A DNA stretch of 63,702 nt, the filler included, from Octopus bimaculoides (lineage: Eukaryota): the NCBI RefSeq assembly GCF_001194135.2. It is 5 parts of 4 records of this genome, joined end to end, with 100 filler letters (N's around TTAATTAATTAA, not from the genome) between each part and the next. Parts side by side here need not be neighbours in the genome. Positions count along the whole stretch, not along the records: positions 47,746 to 63,702 come from NC_068983.1; 4 more parts are not named here. One strand, given 5' to 3'. The translations under genes and the position numbers were made by a program. Of the stretch, positions 48,121 to 62,431 are shown piece after piece (positions within the stretch are counted from its first letter, which is position 1; the number at the start of each line of letters is the position of its first letter). The notes beneath the pieces are model-generated. The model was not told the origin of the DNA, did not search any database, and worked only from the letters and a program-made list of their open reading frames with translations.

Positions 48121-48700
48121 NNNNNNNNNNNNNNNNNNNNNNNNNNNNNNNNCATACGAGTGGGTATAAAAAAGAAGTTTGAAAACGCCAATATATAAAA
48201 AATGAATTTTAATTTAACATGTTTCGGTTCTTGTAAAAACGAACCTTATCAAAACTACATATTTAATAAAATGAAAATAAAATTAAATGAAGAGTTCATA
48301 ATTGTTCCTTACTGGCGTCAGTAGTCCACGTGGGGGGCATTTTTTGTTGGTTGTAGTAGTAGTAGTGTTCCTGTTGGCAATATTAAATGGCAGTGACCTC
48401 TGTCCGTGTCAGTAGTAATAGTAAATTGGTTGTAGTGGTAGGGGTGGAAGTAGCACAAGCAGTAGCAGCAGCAGCAGTAGTGACCGGAATATCAGCAGTA
48501 GTAGTGACTGTTATAACAATAGCAGTAGTAGGAGCAGCAACAGCATTAGTAGTGATAGTAGTAGCAGTGATTGTTAGTAGTGACCTTGATAGTAGTAGTA
48601 GTAGTAGTAGTAGTGTCCGTAATAACTAATATATGATTTTAATGTTACTAGTTTAGGGTGTTTAGACTTGGCTCGAATTTCCTAATAAAATGGAGGGTAG

Positions 48701-49140
48701 AGACGGACTATATGTAATCTGAACCTTTTCAACCCCTTATTTATTAATTTTTTTTTACGGAATCCCACGTTTTAGGCTATGGAGATTCCGATTCTGAAAA
48801 AAAATTGTTTCAAAAATTTCAATCCCCCCACCCCAAGCAGGCTATTTACATGCTAGAAATAACAGCCAAATCTCACAAAACTAGTGCTAGGGTTAGGTAT
48901 AGGGTTACGGTCAGGGTTAGGGTTAGGGTTTGAGTTAGGGTTAGGTTTACCCTGTGGATCTATATAAAAACCGGGGGGGGGGGNNNNNNNNNNNNNNNNN
49001 NNNNNNNNNNNNNNNNNNNNNNNNNNNNNNNNNNNNNNNNNNNNNNNNNNNNNNNNNNNNNNNNNNNNNNNNNNNNNNNNNNNNNNNNNNNNNNNNNNNN
49101 NNATAAGGGGAGAAAGGTTCAGATTACATATAGTCCATCT
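48701..49140. mobile_element. MITE-like element with about 40-bp inverted ends and an internal TTAGGG-like array
   Basis: 48701-48740 pairs with 49103-49140; AGGGTT repeats at about 48888-48946; no TSD found; internal gap. Confidence 0.6.
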
Positions 49141-50564
49141 GGTCCAAATGGAGCTCTTTGTTTTGACGTTGGGTGAAAGTTGTGTTGTCATTAAATTGAT
49201 AAAGTGGGAAGGTCGTAAACTTTGGATTTTTATATATATATATGTATAGCACACATATGTACGTATGTGTGGATGGATGGATTGATACGTGTATGGAAAT
49301 CTAGCTTCGTTTTATTATTCCTTACTAAGAGATATTCAATACAGTGCAAATTGAAATGATTCACTGGTTTCACATGGATAGTATCCACAAATCATCACCG
49401 CTTCATTACCCAAAGTAGCTATTCTTGTTCGAGAGAGCAGAACCAGTTAATGTATTTACTAGAATAAGCTAAGTTTGCAAGTCCTGTAGTCTAGAATTAG
49501 CATGGCATAATTTTTCTAAACATACTTGTCGCAAACTATTTTCGATTATGAAGGTTTCAATTATGAACATTTGGATTATGAAGGATATTAAGCTGTTTAG
49601 TCATTCGGAATAAGCAAATATTATCGTTTATTTTGTAATATAAATTATTACTTTGTATTGAACATTGAATTAGACAAATTGGTGAAACACTAACTCTATT
49701 AGATAGCTCTAGGTCATCTATTCTTGCTGTTTTGAGTTCAATGTGTGTAACCAGGTCTGTAAGAAAAGGATCCTTGCATTCTAAGTTTGATTATTTCCTT
49801 GAAGGAAAAATTAGAAATCGAGAAAGCTAATATAAATAGCCAAGAGGAATTAATGGGAGGCAAAATGAACATGTTCATTGTATTAATTAATATCTGCCTA
49901 CTTCATGTATTCATTTAATAACTAGCATCATACTTTATTACAATTAAGAAATTTCTATTTCTTTTAAGTATTTAAATCAATATATTTTCACGACAAAATG
50001 CAAATGATGTGTTTTGTAAATATATAAACATGGTTTAATAACTTGAATATGAAATGCGAGAATTACTGAAATCGGTTTTCGATGACTTCTTATGAAGCTG
50101 AATTTAAGGATAGGAATAATTCAATCTAACACAACTATTTAACGTTAAATTCCTGCAGGCAGCACGCATGAACACACAAAATTAAGCATATAAATATTCT
50201 TATCATTTATTATTTAAAAAAAAAATGTAGTTGTGTTATGTAGGAATGCTTAAATGTTTCACAATATAGTAACAGTTGTATAAATTTGTGCATGTGTCAT
50301 AAGATAGCCATATGACCGGAGAAGATGTGTGCTGTTATATATGAATTTTGTTTTGCGTGTATGTGTAAATGGCACTCACCCGCTCTTTCTCTCTCTGTCT
50401 CTCTATTAGACGATATATTTCATGGGCGGAGGTTACGAATATGCACACTACGCGGTTTCGGCGTAACCCTAACCCTAAACATTGGGAGTGCGTATTCTTT
50501 ACATTCGACCATAAATACATATGCATACATATTGCGTGAGTGAGAGAGAAAGACAGAAGCAGAG

Positions 50565-50669
<105 letters not shown>

Positions 50670-50969
50670 AGTAACTGTATTTCCTCGTAGCATACAAAAA
50701 ATAGATGTCTTTTGTTGTGGCTTATTTAATAGAATATTTATGTGTACATTTTCATAAATGCTTGTCTGTGTAGAATGCTACGCATGCACGAAACATGGGA
50801 CGGAAGTGAAACATCAGAAGCAGAGCGAAATATTGTTAAAAAAAAAACAAGACAATTGTAAGACTCAACCTAGTTTACGAGTTTATCTTAGTTGTTAACA
50901 AAGAGTTGTTGAGTCAAAAACATTCTTTATTTGGTAGGTAATTAATTGGATATACATTACTTTCGTTAT

Positions 50970-51480
50970 TCACACGTCGTTACCCGCGTAATGCAACGCT
51001 TTGTAATTTGTTTTTAAATTGAAAGTGTGAATCTATATTAATTTTCTAATGAAACCTGGTCGTTATACAGAAGTGTATTTGAAATAACTATACCTTGTTT
51101 AGATAACGTAGAAAATATGTAAATGAAAATAAAGTTTATTTGACATGTGAAATTGATTTGATTGTACTGGTCTTAATATCACTTGGTAAGAATAGAAATC
51201 ATTTGACGACACCTTTGTGTTTTTAGTTGGCTATCCTGTTGCAGGATCAATGCGTGGAATATTGAAATGATAACCATATTTTCCATCCCACAAAATAAGA
51301 GTATACTGGAGAGCATCATAAGAAGGATGAGGCTGCGAAACAATTTTAAGTTTGTTATCTCGAACACAAATGAGAATATCATGATTTTCATGGCGATCAC
51401 CAACGATAAGGGTGTCTACTTCATTAGATGTGGGCTCATTAAAATAACGTAAAATGTTTTTATCTATAGTTTACTATAGA
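50970..51480 (-). mobile_element. Small deleted Helitron, family H3, retaining a Rep-region fragment (about 51165-51450)
   Basis: Minus-frame RYFNEPTSNEVDTLIVGD...DILI...HPSYDALQYTLILWDGKYGYH matches the Helitron Rep motifs FN.P..DEV and SYDALQYPL.F..GE.GYH; ends are degenerate. Confidence 0.8.
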
Positions 51481-51501
51481 CGTAACGAACGCAGAAACAC
51501 A

Positions 51502-51593
<92 letters not shown>

Positions 51594-51670
51594 ATTGATA
51601 ATATTGTAAACAACAAAACGTACACAAACCAAGTTCAAGCAAAACGAAATGTAGTCAATATAGGTGCACA

Positions 51671-51845
51671 ACATACTTTCTGTAGCATAATTATGCTATA
51701 CAAAATGAAAAGTCACCAATTTAGCAAAAGTTACTAAATGTAGCCAATGTAAGTACAAAACATATTTTCCGTAGGATAGTTATGCTATAAAAAAATGGAA
51801 AGTCACCAATTTAGCAAATATTAGTATGCGTCACCAACGTAAGAA
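51671..51845. repeat. Two diverged tandem copies of an 89-bp unit
   Basis: TTATGCTATA.AAAATG.AAAGTCACCAATTTAGCAAA occurs twice, 89 bp apart. Confidence 0.8.
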
Positions 51846-52899
51846 AGTGCATAAAGTCAACATTTATTTAGAACATGTACTAAATGTTATAAAATTCACG
51901 ATTGAATGTCACAGTGAAGAAAGTAAAAATCCAAGAAAATTCTGAAGGCAAGTGTATACAAAGAAATATGCTGTTATGAACGTTAATTTAAAACATATGC
52001 TGAAGGACGTACGTAGTAAGATATAATTTAACTGATGTTACTATAACATTTTAACTGTTTAACTTTATAAGCTATAGATTAAATACTGACCAACGCAGTA
52101 CAAAGTTTGTGCGACGTTGATAGACTGTTGAATGATTGGAGAAATACAGGGACTGTTAAAATAAACAACATTATCTTGAAACTTGTTAGAAGGAGTGGAA
52201 AAACATTTCCATAACTATATTGAAAGAGCCGCTGAGTCTTTCTGCTTCGCCATGTTTGTGAATTTATTATAATAACCAGAATAACATATTCCAGATAAAT
52301 AAGCGAGTATTGTGAGTGGCATTACATCAGCTAAATGTGCAATTTGGTAGTACTCGAAAGTGAACGTCGTTGTTCGTTTTAAGCCCAGGCCGCAATTAAG
52401 CTTTCAATATCGGCAGGTTTCACTCGTACGGGGGTAATGCATACATAATCTAACACACATACACATACATTAATGCACACCTGAACCCTATATCTGCTCA
52501 TGTGCATGTCTGTCACTGTCTTTAGATGTGTATGTGTTAGTCGTAACAAAAATGTATGTATACTGACAGACACATACACCGTCACGCACATATATTTGTC
52601 AGTCATCGGCCTAACGTAGGTAACGATCGCACGAACACACTCGTATAGAAAAGGTGAAACGTTGTGGTGGTGATATGAAATGTCATTTACGATAGGTGAC
52701 TAAAAGAAAAATGATAATGTTAGATTTCTCTAATGCAAATATGTGAACGAAAATATAGTTTAGTTGGTAGCAAAAAGCTTACTGAATCTTTTGATACCCA
52801 TACGTGAAAATCAGCAACTCATTTTTGGATTGCCTAAATTACATACGCACACGCATATACAAAAACTCTTATATATTTATGGATATATGTGCATATATG

Positions 52900-52975
<76 letters not shown>

Positions 52976-53277
52976 NNNNNNNNNNNNNNNNNNNNNNNNN
53001 NNNNNNNNNNNNNNNNNNNNNNNNNNNNNNNNNNNNNNNNNNNNNNNNNNNNNNNNNNNNNNNNNNNNNNNNNNNNNNNNNNNNNNNNNNNNNNNNNNNN
53101 NNNNNNNNNNNNNNNNNNNNNNNNNNNNNNNNNNNNNNNNNNNNNNNNNNNNNNNNNNNNNNNNNNNNNNNNNNNNNNNNNNNNNNNNNNNNNNNNNNNN
53201 NNNNNNNNNNNNNNNNNNNNNNNNNNNNNNNNNNNNNNNNNNNNNNNNNNNNNNNNNNNNNNNNNNNNNNNNNNNNN

Positions 53278-53309
<32 letters not shown>

Positions 53310-54231
53310 AGAGAGAGAGAGAGAGAGAGATATGCTATCATTCATCTTATGCTGAATACAGTATTACTTTAAATTTTAATTTGAATTATCTTCCAGTAAG
53401 CATTAAGAATAATTCTTCTAAAAATAGGAAAAACAAAAAAACACAAGAGAAATGTGGGCAAACTATTTTGATATGACATGGCTAGACTATAGAAATAAGC
53501 TTGTAATGTAAGCTGCTGATCTTGGTAAGTATTTTTTTAGACTGTACAACTAATAACATTTCATTTAGGGAACATTCTATACCGTTCAATATTGAATGTA
53601 TATGTAGTGCTGTTAGAACAAGAAAATGTCATTATTTTGGAAGACATTGAGAAACTGGTTATCCCAGAATAAGTATAGTGATTTTTTGACACATTTATGT
53701 GGCTTCGCATGTGGACTTTTAATTTGCAAAACAACAACGTATAGGTAGTTATGCCAGCAGTCAATATCGTATACATATGTATTAACGATCAATTTCAATA
53801 GAAACCCCTAAATATAATACATATAATTGCAATTCTATATAAGTTGTATTCTGTAGTTTTCGCTTATGTTTAAATTAGAAAAGAATTCACAGATTACATT
53901 TGCCATCACCTACAAAAGTACATACAGAAGCATACACACACTCTTATATATAATCAGAACTATATATGTGTATTTGTACATATATATACATTGCGGTGAC
54001 ATCCATCTCATTCAACGTACAGTGAAGTCGGTCTCTATTATTATATAAATGGATCCCCGTTGATAAAATCTCACGCTATTGGAGATACGGCTGGGTTTTG
54101 ACTAATGCTTCATGTATATAGAGAACTGACAGGTTTGCACCTGATGTCTTTTTATGTTAATTTCTATGTTCTTTATTTTAACTTGTATTATGTTATACGA
54201 GTTTTATTATGTATGTATATTTATGATCAGT

Positions 54232-54609
54232 GAAGGCGCAATGGCCCAGTGGTTAGGACAGCGGACTCGCGGTTATAGGATCGCGGTTTCGATTCCCAGA
54301 CCGGGCGTTGTGAGTGTTTATTGAGCGAAAACACCTAAAGCCCCACGAGGCTCCGACAGGGGATTGTGGCGAACCCTGCTGTACTCTTTTACCACAACTT
54401 TCTCTCACTCTTACTTCTTGTTTCTCTTGTGCCTGTAATTCAAAGGGTCAGCCTTGTCACACTGTGTTACGTTCAATATCCCCGAGAACTACGTTAAGGG
54501 TACACGTGTCTCTGGCGTGCTCAGCCTCTTGCACCTTAATTTCACGAGCAGGCTGTTCCGTTGATCGGATCAACACTTGACGTCGTAAGCGACGGAGTGC
54601 CAACAACAA
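54232..54609 (+). mobile_element. SINE family C (tRNA-derived head, (CAA)n tail)
   Basis: A box TGGCCCAGTGGTTAGG, B box GGTTTCGATTCCC; TSD-like ATTTATG(A/C)TCA at 54219-54229 and 54609-54619. Confidence 0.9.
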
Positions 54610-54782
54610 TTTATGCTCATTATTAGTTTACGAAAATTGTAAAATTGCGTTTGTATATGTGTTGATATACAATATGTTTGTATGTGTATTTCTTACTAAG
54701 CTATTTTCTGTCTTGTTTTACACACTCTCGTATTTTGTCTTTCTGTGTGTCTTTCTGTCTGGGTGTTAGCCTGTCTCTCTTA

Positions 54783-54850
<68 letters not shown>

Positions 54851-56950
54851 CTAAAGCTAATTGTTCTTTGACTATGTGTTTGCTTAACTTTTGTTTTAAG
54901 TATCATCTTACATATCTTAGAAGGTTGCTTAAGAAGTGTTATATCATGGAAATTTTGAAGTGAAAAATCGACTTACATTTCTGATGAGATTAGTGATGAA
55001 CATTCGCAATTCTTTTCAATGAAGTTTCTGCTGTAACACAAGCTTGAACACGCAATTATTTCTCTTGTACTGTGTCAGGTATTGATCGTAGGAATATGTA
55101 CATAGTCGCGATCAAATTTGTTATATATTTTGTGAATTGTCTACATCAAACAATATTAAAACTTATTTATCACCCAAGCCACTCCAAATATGCATGATCC
55201 GACAAGTGACAATTCAATGGAACATAACAGTGCTAATTAATTCATAGGAATCTAAAATTTCAGATTATAGAATTAATAGAATTTTGTAAGTAAAATCATT
55301 GTTAACAATATAAAATAAAGAGAGTTAATTCGTTATAGAAATTTTCAACAGCCTAGTAATATCAATATTCCAACTTAGAGAATATGAAATGTTTCGATAA
55401 AATTCAAACGCGGAATTGAAAACATTCCAATTTCAAATCACGCAAAGGACCCTGAAAGAATGTGTAGAAACGTTTTCTTTAAAGTTTTGTTGATTAAGCA
55501 AGAAATTTTACCTCATATCTCTTGTAAGATTTGTGAATGCTAATGTCATTCAAGATTATATTGTTTTTTGGGGCACGGAATTGTTTTATGCAGGCAAATA
55601 ATTGAATATATTTAATATATTATCCACAAATTTGTACATGTATGCCTTGCTTCTCAATTTGGTAATATTTTCTGCGAGCTTACCAAAATGTATTCACTTC
55701 GAATATCTCAGGATACATGAAATTTGGCTAATCGATCATTTTGTCATATTTGAGAGATTTCTATGACCTTGAAGATTCTTATGCGCTGTATGCATTCACA
55801 TATATTTACTCATTAAAAGAAATGCTTTCTAGATAAATACATAAATGCATCTCACTCGAATGATGTTCATGGGTGGTAACTCACATAATACTTCTCAAGA
55901 GTATCATTATTGATGCCATAACGACTAGGTTCATATTTTGCAATTTTAGTGAGTGTGAAACGTGATGTAAAAAAGACATCGAAGTTTTCGTTTTCTTGCA
56001 TATTTGTAAAAATATTGAAGAGATTTGCCTGAAGGGAATCACACATTATTGTCATATGCTTTTATGACCTTAACAGTTTGGATAATGCAGAATTATATTC
56101 TGCTGGTCTTGAAATCACTTTCGCATGCATGGTTTCTTCTTCATATACAGTGGATAATCACTGATCTGCCTCCCACAGAGAAAAGAGTAAGCATTGACAT
56201 ATGTTTGCGCAATTATTACCTTCCATCCAAAACTATTTTCTATTCTGAAATCGACATGGACAGTAATCAGTGTGTTTCACACTCTGATGTTGAGCGGAAT
56301 TGGTGATGTTATCTATGTTCTAGCTGGAAGAATATGATCAATTTCCTTTCTGCGTATTATATCTTTTAAACAAAGCAGTAGTTTAGTATAGTTATATTTA
56401 GATGTTGAATTTTGTAGAACGCACCGAACAGGAAATGTTGTGGCGTTAACCTGGAGGCATATCGAAACTTCTTTAATTCTCATTTCGATTGAATGCTGAG
56501 GGGCTTATTGGTGGATCAATGACACTGATAATAGCATACTGAATGCTATGTATGCCTATGTATGCTGTCCTTCTAAGTCAAGTGGTAGAAAAACGACCGG
56601 TTGTATAACAATTGCTTAATTTACATCATATTGGGTTAATATACTTTACTTATACAACGTGCATATTTGATGGATGTTTTTCCTTGAATGTAATTTGTAC
56701 TGGCTCGACGTTGGTGAATGAAGTCCGTAAGTAGTTATTGATATTATAGCGAAAATTATACTTGCGTCGGATATCATCTAAGCATATAGGCATAGAAATT
56801 ATTTTCACAAAATACATCCGATAAATTTAAATATTGATTAGATTGATATAATATTAAATATTGATTAGATTAACCGATAAGTTTCTAACATTCAGACGAA
56901 AGATTTATCGGATTTCCCTAAAGAATTCCTCACCTACAATTGGAATGCAA

Positions 56951-57879
56951 ATTCCTCCAACTGCAACCGCCAAGGACAACCTTGACCTTGCTCTTGGTAT
57001 GATAATGCAAGATCGCCGAATATCATGTCATCAGATAGCCGAGAGACTTGGCATCTCAATTGAAAGATCAGAAAACATTGAGACAAAAAAACTTGGGTTC
57101 TCAAACGTTTCCGTAAGGTGGTTCCCTCGCCTTTTGACTCCTGAACAGAAGCGCACTACGTGCACTGTGTCCACGAGCAATCTGAAACTGTTTGAAGCCT
57201 ATGAAGATATTATCTTGCTCATTTCATTTCTATGGACGAAAGTTGGGTTCATCGCTACCAGCCTGAGACCAAAGAATAATCAAAGCATTGGAAGCACAGA
57301 TCTTCTCATACCCCAAAATAGGCCAGGGTCATTCGTTCAGCTGGTAAGGTCATGGCGTCCGTTGTTTTTTTTTTTATTCTCAAGGTGTCTTGCTGCTCGA
57401 TTACCTTGAAAAGTGTCACACCGTTACGGGGCTGTTATTATCAGCTACTGAAACACCTCCGAGAAGCAATGAAAGAAAAAAGGCCGGGAATGCTTACCAG
57501 ATGAGTCCCTTTTCATCACGACAATGCTCCAGCCCACACTTCAGTCGTTGCCATGGCAACAATTCGTGATTCTGCATACGAACATGTTCTCCATCTGCCT
57601 TATTCTCCAGACTTAGCCCCCTCTGCCTTTTATCTACTCCCCAAAAAGAAAACGGGCCTGGCTAGTGGCCATTTTGCCAGTGGCAATGACGTCATAGACG
57701 CTGTAGGAAGTTTCTTCGAATCTCAAACAAAAGATGTTTTTCTACGCCGGGATAATGGCGCTTCAACACCGCTGGAGAAAGTGTTCAGCCATTGAGGGGG
57801 ACTATGTTGAAAAATAAATCATCAGAAGTTTTGAACCATGTTTTGTTTTTGAGACTCACAAGCTTTCATACACCTCTCG
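56951..57879 (+). pseudogene. 5'-truncated mariner transposase, same family as 30771-31941
   Basis: AKDNLDLALGMIMQDRRISC, HDNAPAHTSVVAMATI, YSPDLAPSAF, EGDYVEK; right TIR then TA. Confidence 0.9.
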
Positions 57880-58237
57880 TATTATGAAATGTTAGCGCCA
57901 AGCAGTGTTTAGGCATAATCAAAATGTAGGTTAGTTAAAATGTTTGTGACATAGTTCAACTGCTAAAAGGCAAATTCAGTGCGGTTAGTTCAATGACAAC
58001 ATGTATCAGGAATGCCAGCCTTCGATGTTTCGAGTTGTTTGATTCTTATAATTGGGATGTATCTAAGAGAGGCAAATCTGGACAAACTTATAAAGAAATA
58101 GTTTTATGTAAAATTCAGTCTACAACGTTGACTGATTTGTGCTGGTGGGCCACACATACATGCAGGCGTATGTATTTACATGCATAAATACATATACACA
58201 CTCATGCATACATGTTCATGCATACATACATATTCAC

Positions 58238-58392
58238 CATATTCTTCCCGTCGGGGTTAATACCAAAATGTGTTAATCCATGGTACGCTGGATCTTCAAG
58301 AATGTAATTGCGATTTGCTTTCCAGTTTTTATTCCAAGTGTGGTGTTCCCTCAGCACGGCATGCGATAAAATTGTTTCCCAGAATGTAGCGA
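58238..58392 (-). CDS. Candidate coding exon of an unidentified gene or pseudogene (155 bp, phase 1 to 0)
   Basis: Stop-free (V)ATFWETILSHAVLREHHTWNKNWKANRNYILEDPAYHGLTHFGINPDGKNM; donor ATG|GTGAAT; removing the adjacent SINE restores branch site TACTGAC and acceptor TTTTTCAG. Confidence 0.45.
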
Positions 58393-58395
58393 CTG

Positions 58396-58654
58396 GCAGA
58401 ATAATTAGCACGCTGGACAAAATGCTTAGCGTTATTTCGTCTGCCGCTACGTACTGAGTTCAAATTCCGCCGAGGTCGACTTTGTCTTTCATCCTTTCGA
58501 GGTCGATTAAATAAGTACCAGTCACGNNNNNNNNNNTCCTTTCGAGGTCGATTAAATAAGTACCAGTCACGCACTGGGGTCGATATAATCGACTTAATCC
58601 GTTTGTTTGTCCCCTCTGTGTGTAGCCCCGTGTGGGTAGTAAAGAAATAAGAAA
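58396..58654 (+). mobile_element. SINE family B (short head truncation) with 10-bp TSD GTAGCGACTG
   Basis: TSD at 58386-58395 and 58655-58664; GAGTTCAAATTCCGCCGAGGTCGAC body. Confidence 0.9.
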
Positions 58655-60316
58655 GTAGCGACTGAAAAACATCGATTGTCAGTAAGTGCAATGACTTGCC
58701 TCAAGATATTGTTAGTGTTTAAAACATGGCAACAGATGTCCAAATCTCCACATTAAAGGGCAATTATATCGCCTACATCATTTTTCTTATAGTTTCAATT
58801 CGGTCAAGATTTCTTGTTAAAACGTAAATCACAAATATTTAGCTCACATATCCCACCACGTTAAAAGACAATAAACATTTCTATTTCTTGCACCATACTG
58901 GGAAATGTAAACAAACAGAATTCAGTCAGCATTTTATCAGTTTTTGCAGCATTTCGTCTCGTTTGATGTACTATGGTTGTCATTTATAATCCGTAGCGTA
59001 TTGTAAAAATAATGGCAATTCTCTTAGCGCATATCCAACACATACAATCTCCGCTTTTAATTAAATGTAACTTAGCGTTCTTAGCATATCAGCAGCGATT
59101 CCATGACATTATCGTTTTCTATTATACTAACATTAACATCACAGAGCTCTACTATAATATCTTTTATTAATGAATTACTTTAAATTTTAGCTTCAAAGCA
59201 AATGTTCTGACAATGATATGCATATAGTGGGGAAAATGATATTAAGAAATGGTTATGGTTGCTAAAAAAAAATAATAACACAGATACTGAAATGTAAATA
59301 TATTATGGATATATCTAGAGAGATGGGAGAGAGAGAAAGAGAGGGGAAAGTTGATATCTATTTAGTTATCTATGTATTTGTGACTCAGTAAACGTCTAAA
59401 TTTATATGAACGCATTTCTGAAGAAAAAAGAGTAAACAGTACTTATGGTCTATTTCTTTCAACGCGGTTAGTAATTTACACACCCGTGCGCACACATACA
59501 AACATGCGTGCACACATACACACATGTGTGCACACATACACACATGCGTGCACACATACACAAACACACACATACGTGCGTTCAAATATACACGCTTACA
59601 CTAGGTATATGTCATTTTTGTTACGAGTATGAATTTATATGAGTGACTTATATGTTCGTCGGAACTTGAATCAAGTGTTTTGTCCTTGATAGTCCTCCTC
59701 TCTGAAAATCTATCACACTCCGCTCTCACACAATTTTAGAATTTAACTTCATTCGCCATCTATTCAGGTCTAATAGCCTGACGGTACTTATTTACAAACG
59801 GCTGCATATAATGTCCTGCAAACCAGCTTACATTGTATTTTGAATAACTCTGTAAAAGTCAGTCTTTTGTGATGGGAAATAAATCCAGTTTGCTTATGCG
59901 ATAACAGGGGTCGGCTTTCTCATTCCCGTATATATTATAGGAAATACACAAAATACTATTATATATATATATAAATACGTAAGTATATATATATACACAC
60001 ACACATATATATATATANNNNNNNNNNNNNNNNNNNNNNNNNNNNNNNNNNNNNNNNNNNNNNNNNNNNNNNNNNNNNNNNNNNNNNNNNNNNNNNNNNN
60101 NNNNNNNNNNNNNNNNNNNNNNNNNNNNNNNNNNNNNNNNNNNNNNNNNNNNNNNNNNNNNNNNNNNNNNNNNNNNNNNNNNNNNNNNNNNNNNNNNNNN
60201 NNNNNNNNNNNNNNNNNNNNNNNNNNNNNNNNNNNNNNNNNNNNNNNNNNNNNNNNNNNNNNNNNNNNNNNNNNNNNNNNNNNNNNNNNNNNNNNNNNNN
60301 NNNNNNNNNNNNNNNN

Positions 60317-60355
<39 letters not shown>

Positions 60356-62431
60356 TGTATATATATATACATATTTATATATATATATATACATACATAT
60401 ATGTGTGTGTATATATCTCTGTATGTATGCATGTATATATATATATATATGTAAATATATTGTGTATATGACTGAGACATCCATACTATTTTTATTGTCT
60501 TAATCGTAATTATTGAATATGAGTAAAACGAATATAGATTTTTGTGTATAATATTTTTTTATGCAATTATTCGTGTACTGAATGACGTACTTGGAAATTT
60601 CTATCAGTTTATAATATTTTTAATAAAATAAACAAAACCACTGGTAACTATTGCCAATGCTTCACAATAAAATTTGGCGATAAAGAGACGGAGAACTTGA
60701 GAATTAAATTTCTAGAATATTGAATTTTTATGCTATGGATGGGGAAATGTTCCTTGTCAAGATGCATGACAGCAACGGACATAAATCTCACTTATTACAC
60801 ATCGTCGACCAAATTTTGGATTTTCAACTACTCAATCATTTGCCATTCTTATTTTGAATTATTTCTGATCAGATTATTTAAGTTTCCCCTTTCCTCTGGA
60901 TATAGATTATGCCTACTTAGAAAATAAATACTATGAGAATGATTGTATTACATCTTATTTATTTTGTTTTATCACGTATAAACATTGCTATTAACGACTT
61001 CTTTCTTCTCAATATTATGGACTAGTTATCCTTAGGGTTAGGTTTAGGGTAGACAATCACAATCTTTAACTTTAGTTTTTCTAAATAATTCTAAATTATT
61101 CTGCAGATAGTCAAGTAAGGAAATGTATAAATAAGTGCACTAACAATACAAAAGTAATATTCGACGTTTACACTTCTTAGATGTAACACTGTCTTCAATT
61201 ATGATAAATAATATCCGACGTGAATAAAATCTACAAGGTAAGAGTAAATAAAATGTGCTGGACTGAAACAGATTTATGTTATAATGGAGTCGTGAGAGTG
61301 TTATCAGCCTTCAGATACAGGAGAAACTTGATGAAATATTTTCTAACAATATACAGACAAATCATTTCCAGTTAGTGATCAACTTATGTAAATACTGAGA
61401 AATATAATATATATATATGATAAGAAAGTTGCAAAAGCAGAAAAATTCAATAATGTATCAATGCCCTTATGCTGGCTGTATGTGTGAATGTGTGCAAGAG
61501 TTATCTCCGCGTGCCTAAATATGTTTATATGTATATGTATATATATATATATNNNNNNNNNNNNNNNNNNNNNNNNNNNNNNNNNNNNNNNNNNNNNNNN
61601 NNNNNNNNNNNNNNNNNNNNNNNNNNNNNNNNNNNNNNNNNNNNNNNNNNNNNNNNNNNNNNNNNNNNNNNNNNNNNNNNNNNNNNNNNNNNNNNNNNNN
61701 NNNNNNNNNNNNNNNNNNNNNNNNNNNNNNNNNNNNNNNNNNNNNNNNNNNNNNNNNNNNNNNNNNNNNNNNNNNNNNNNNNNNNNNNNNNNNNNNNNNN
61801 NNNNNNNNNNNNNNNNNNNNNNNNNNNNNNNNNNNNNNNNNNNNNNNNNNNNNNNNNNNNNNNNNNNNNNNNNNNNNNNNNNNNNNNNNNNNNNCCGATC
61901 TTGTGTGTGTGTAACAGACATATAGCGGTAGTATTTCCATTATTGTTTTGTGAATATGGTTTACTCATTTTTAATAATCCTGTCACTGTTTACGTTACAG
62001 TTTTTTTGTAGATAGAATATTGTGTTTTCTAAGATTTGCATTGATCAGTATATTACATTAGTTACTCGCTGAGAAAACGACATCTTTAAATTTCATGGAT
62101 GACCGTTCTCCGGGAAATATCAGCGTAAAAGACTACAACACCCGCAAAATTTTTGAATTATCCTGGATTAAAAGTAGAAATTGTATTTTGCGTACATGTT
62201 AGTTCATGAGTCTTAGTCAAGAACTTACCTAATACCTAATTTATTCACAACCCACCAGCTTTTCGAGACATCATTTGCTCTATGGGCAGTGTTATATTAT
62301 ATCAGTTTGGCAGGTATTTTCGATCTAGCATCCTGCACATGACTACCACTGCTGATGATGTGAAATTAATGATGTAATCATGTGATACAATAACACCACG
62401 CGCTGGTGCTAAAGAAAATTTTGGCAGCTGG

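Noticed and set aside
50780-50830. Possible promoter (CGGAAGTG ETS-like motif); also CCAAT and GGGCGG near 17575-17615
   Set aside because: Isolated short motifs are expected by chance, with no linked transcription start or first exon.
54232-54305. tRNA-like sequence with A and B boxes
   Set aside because: It continues into a SINE body and tail with a TSD; it is a SINE head, not a tRNA gene.
58491-58575. Internal duplication inside the SINE, either side of a 10-N gap (similar cases near 1760-1830 and 37883-37904)
   Set aside because: Identical sequence on both sides of a minimal gap is typical of unmerged contig overlaps.
58900-60930. Idea that minus-strand frames interrupted mainly by TAA/TAG reflect stop-to-Gln recoding or foreign DNA with an alternative genetic code
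   Set aside because: Stop density (about 5-7 per 90 codons) matches random AT-rich sequence, TGA stops also occur, and no homology supports these frames.
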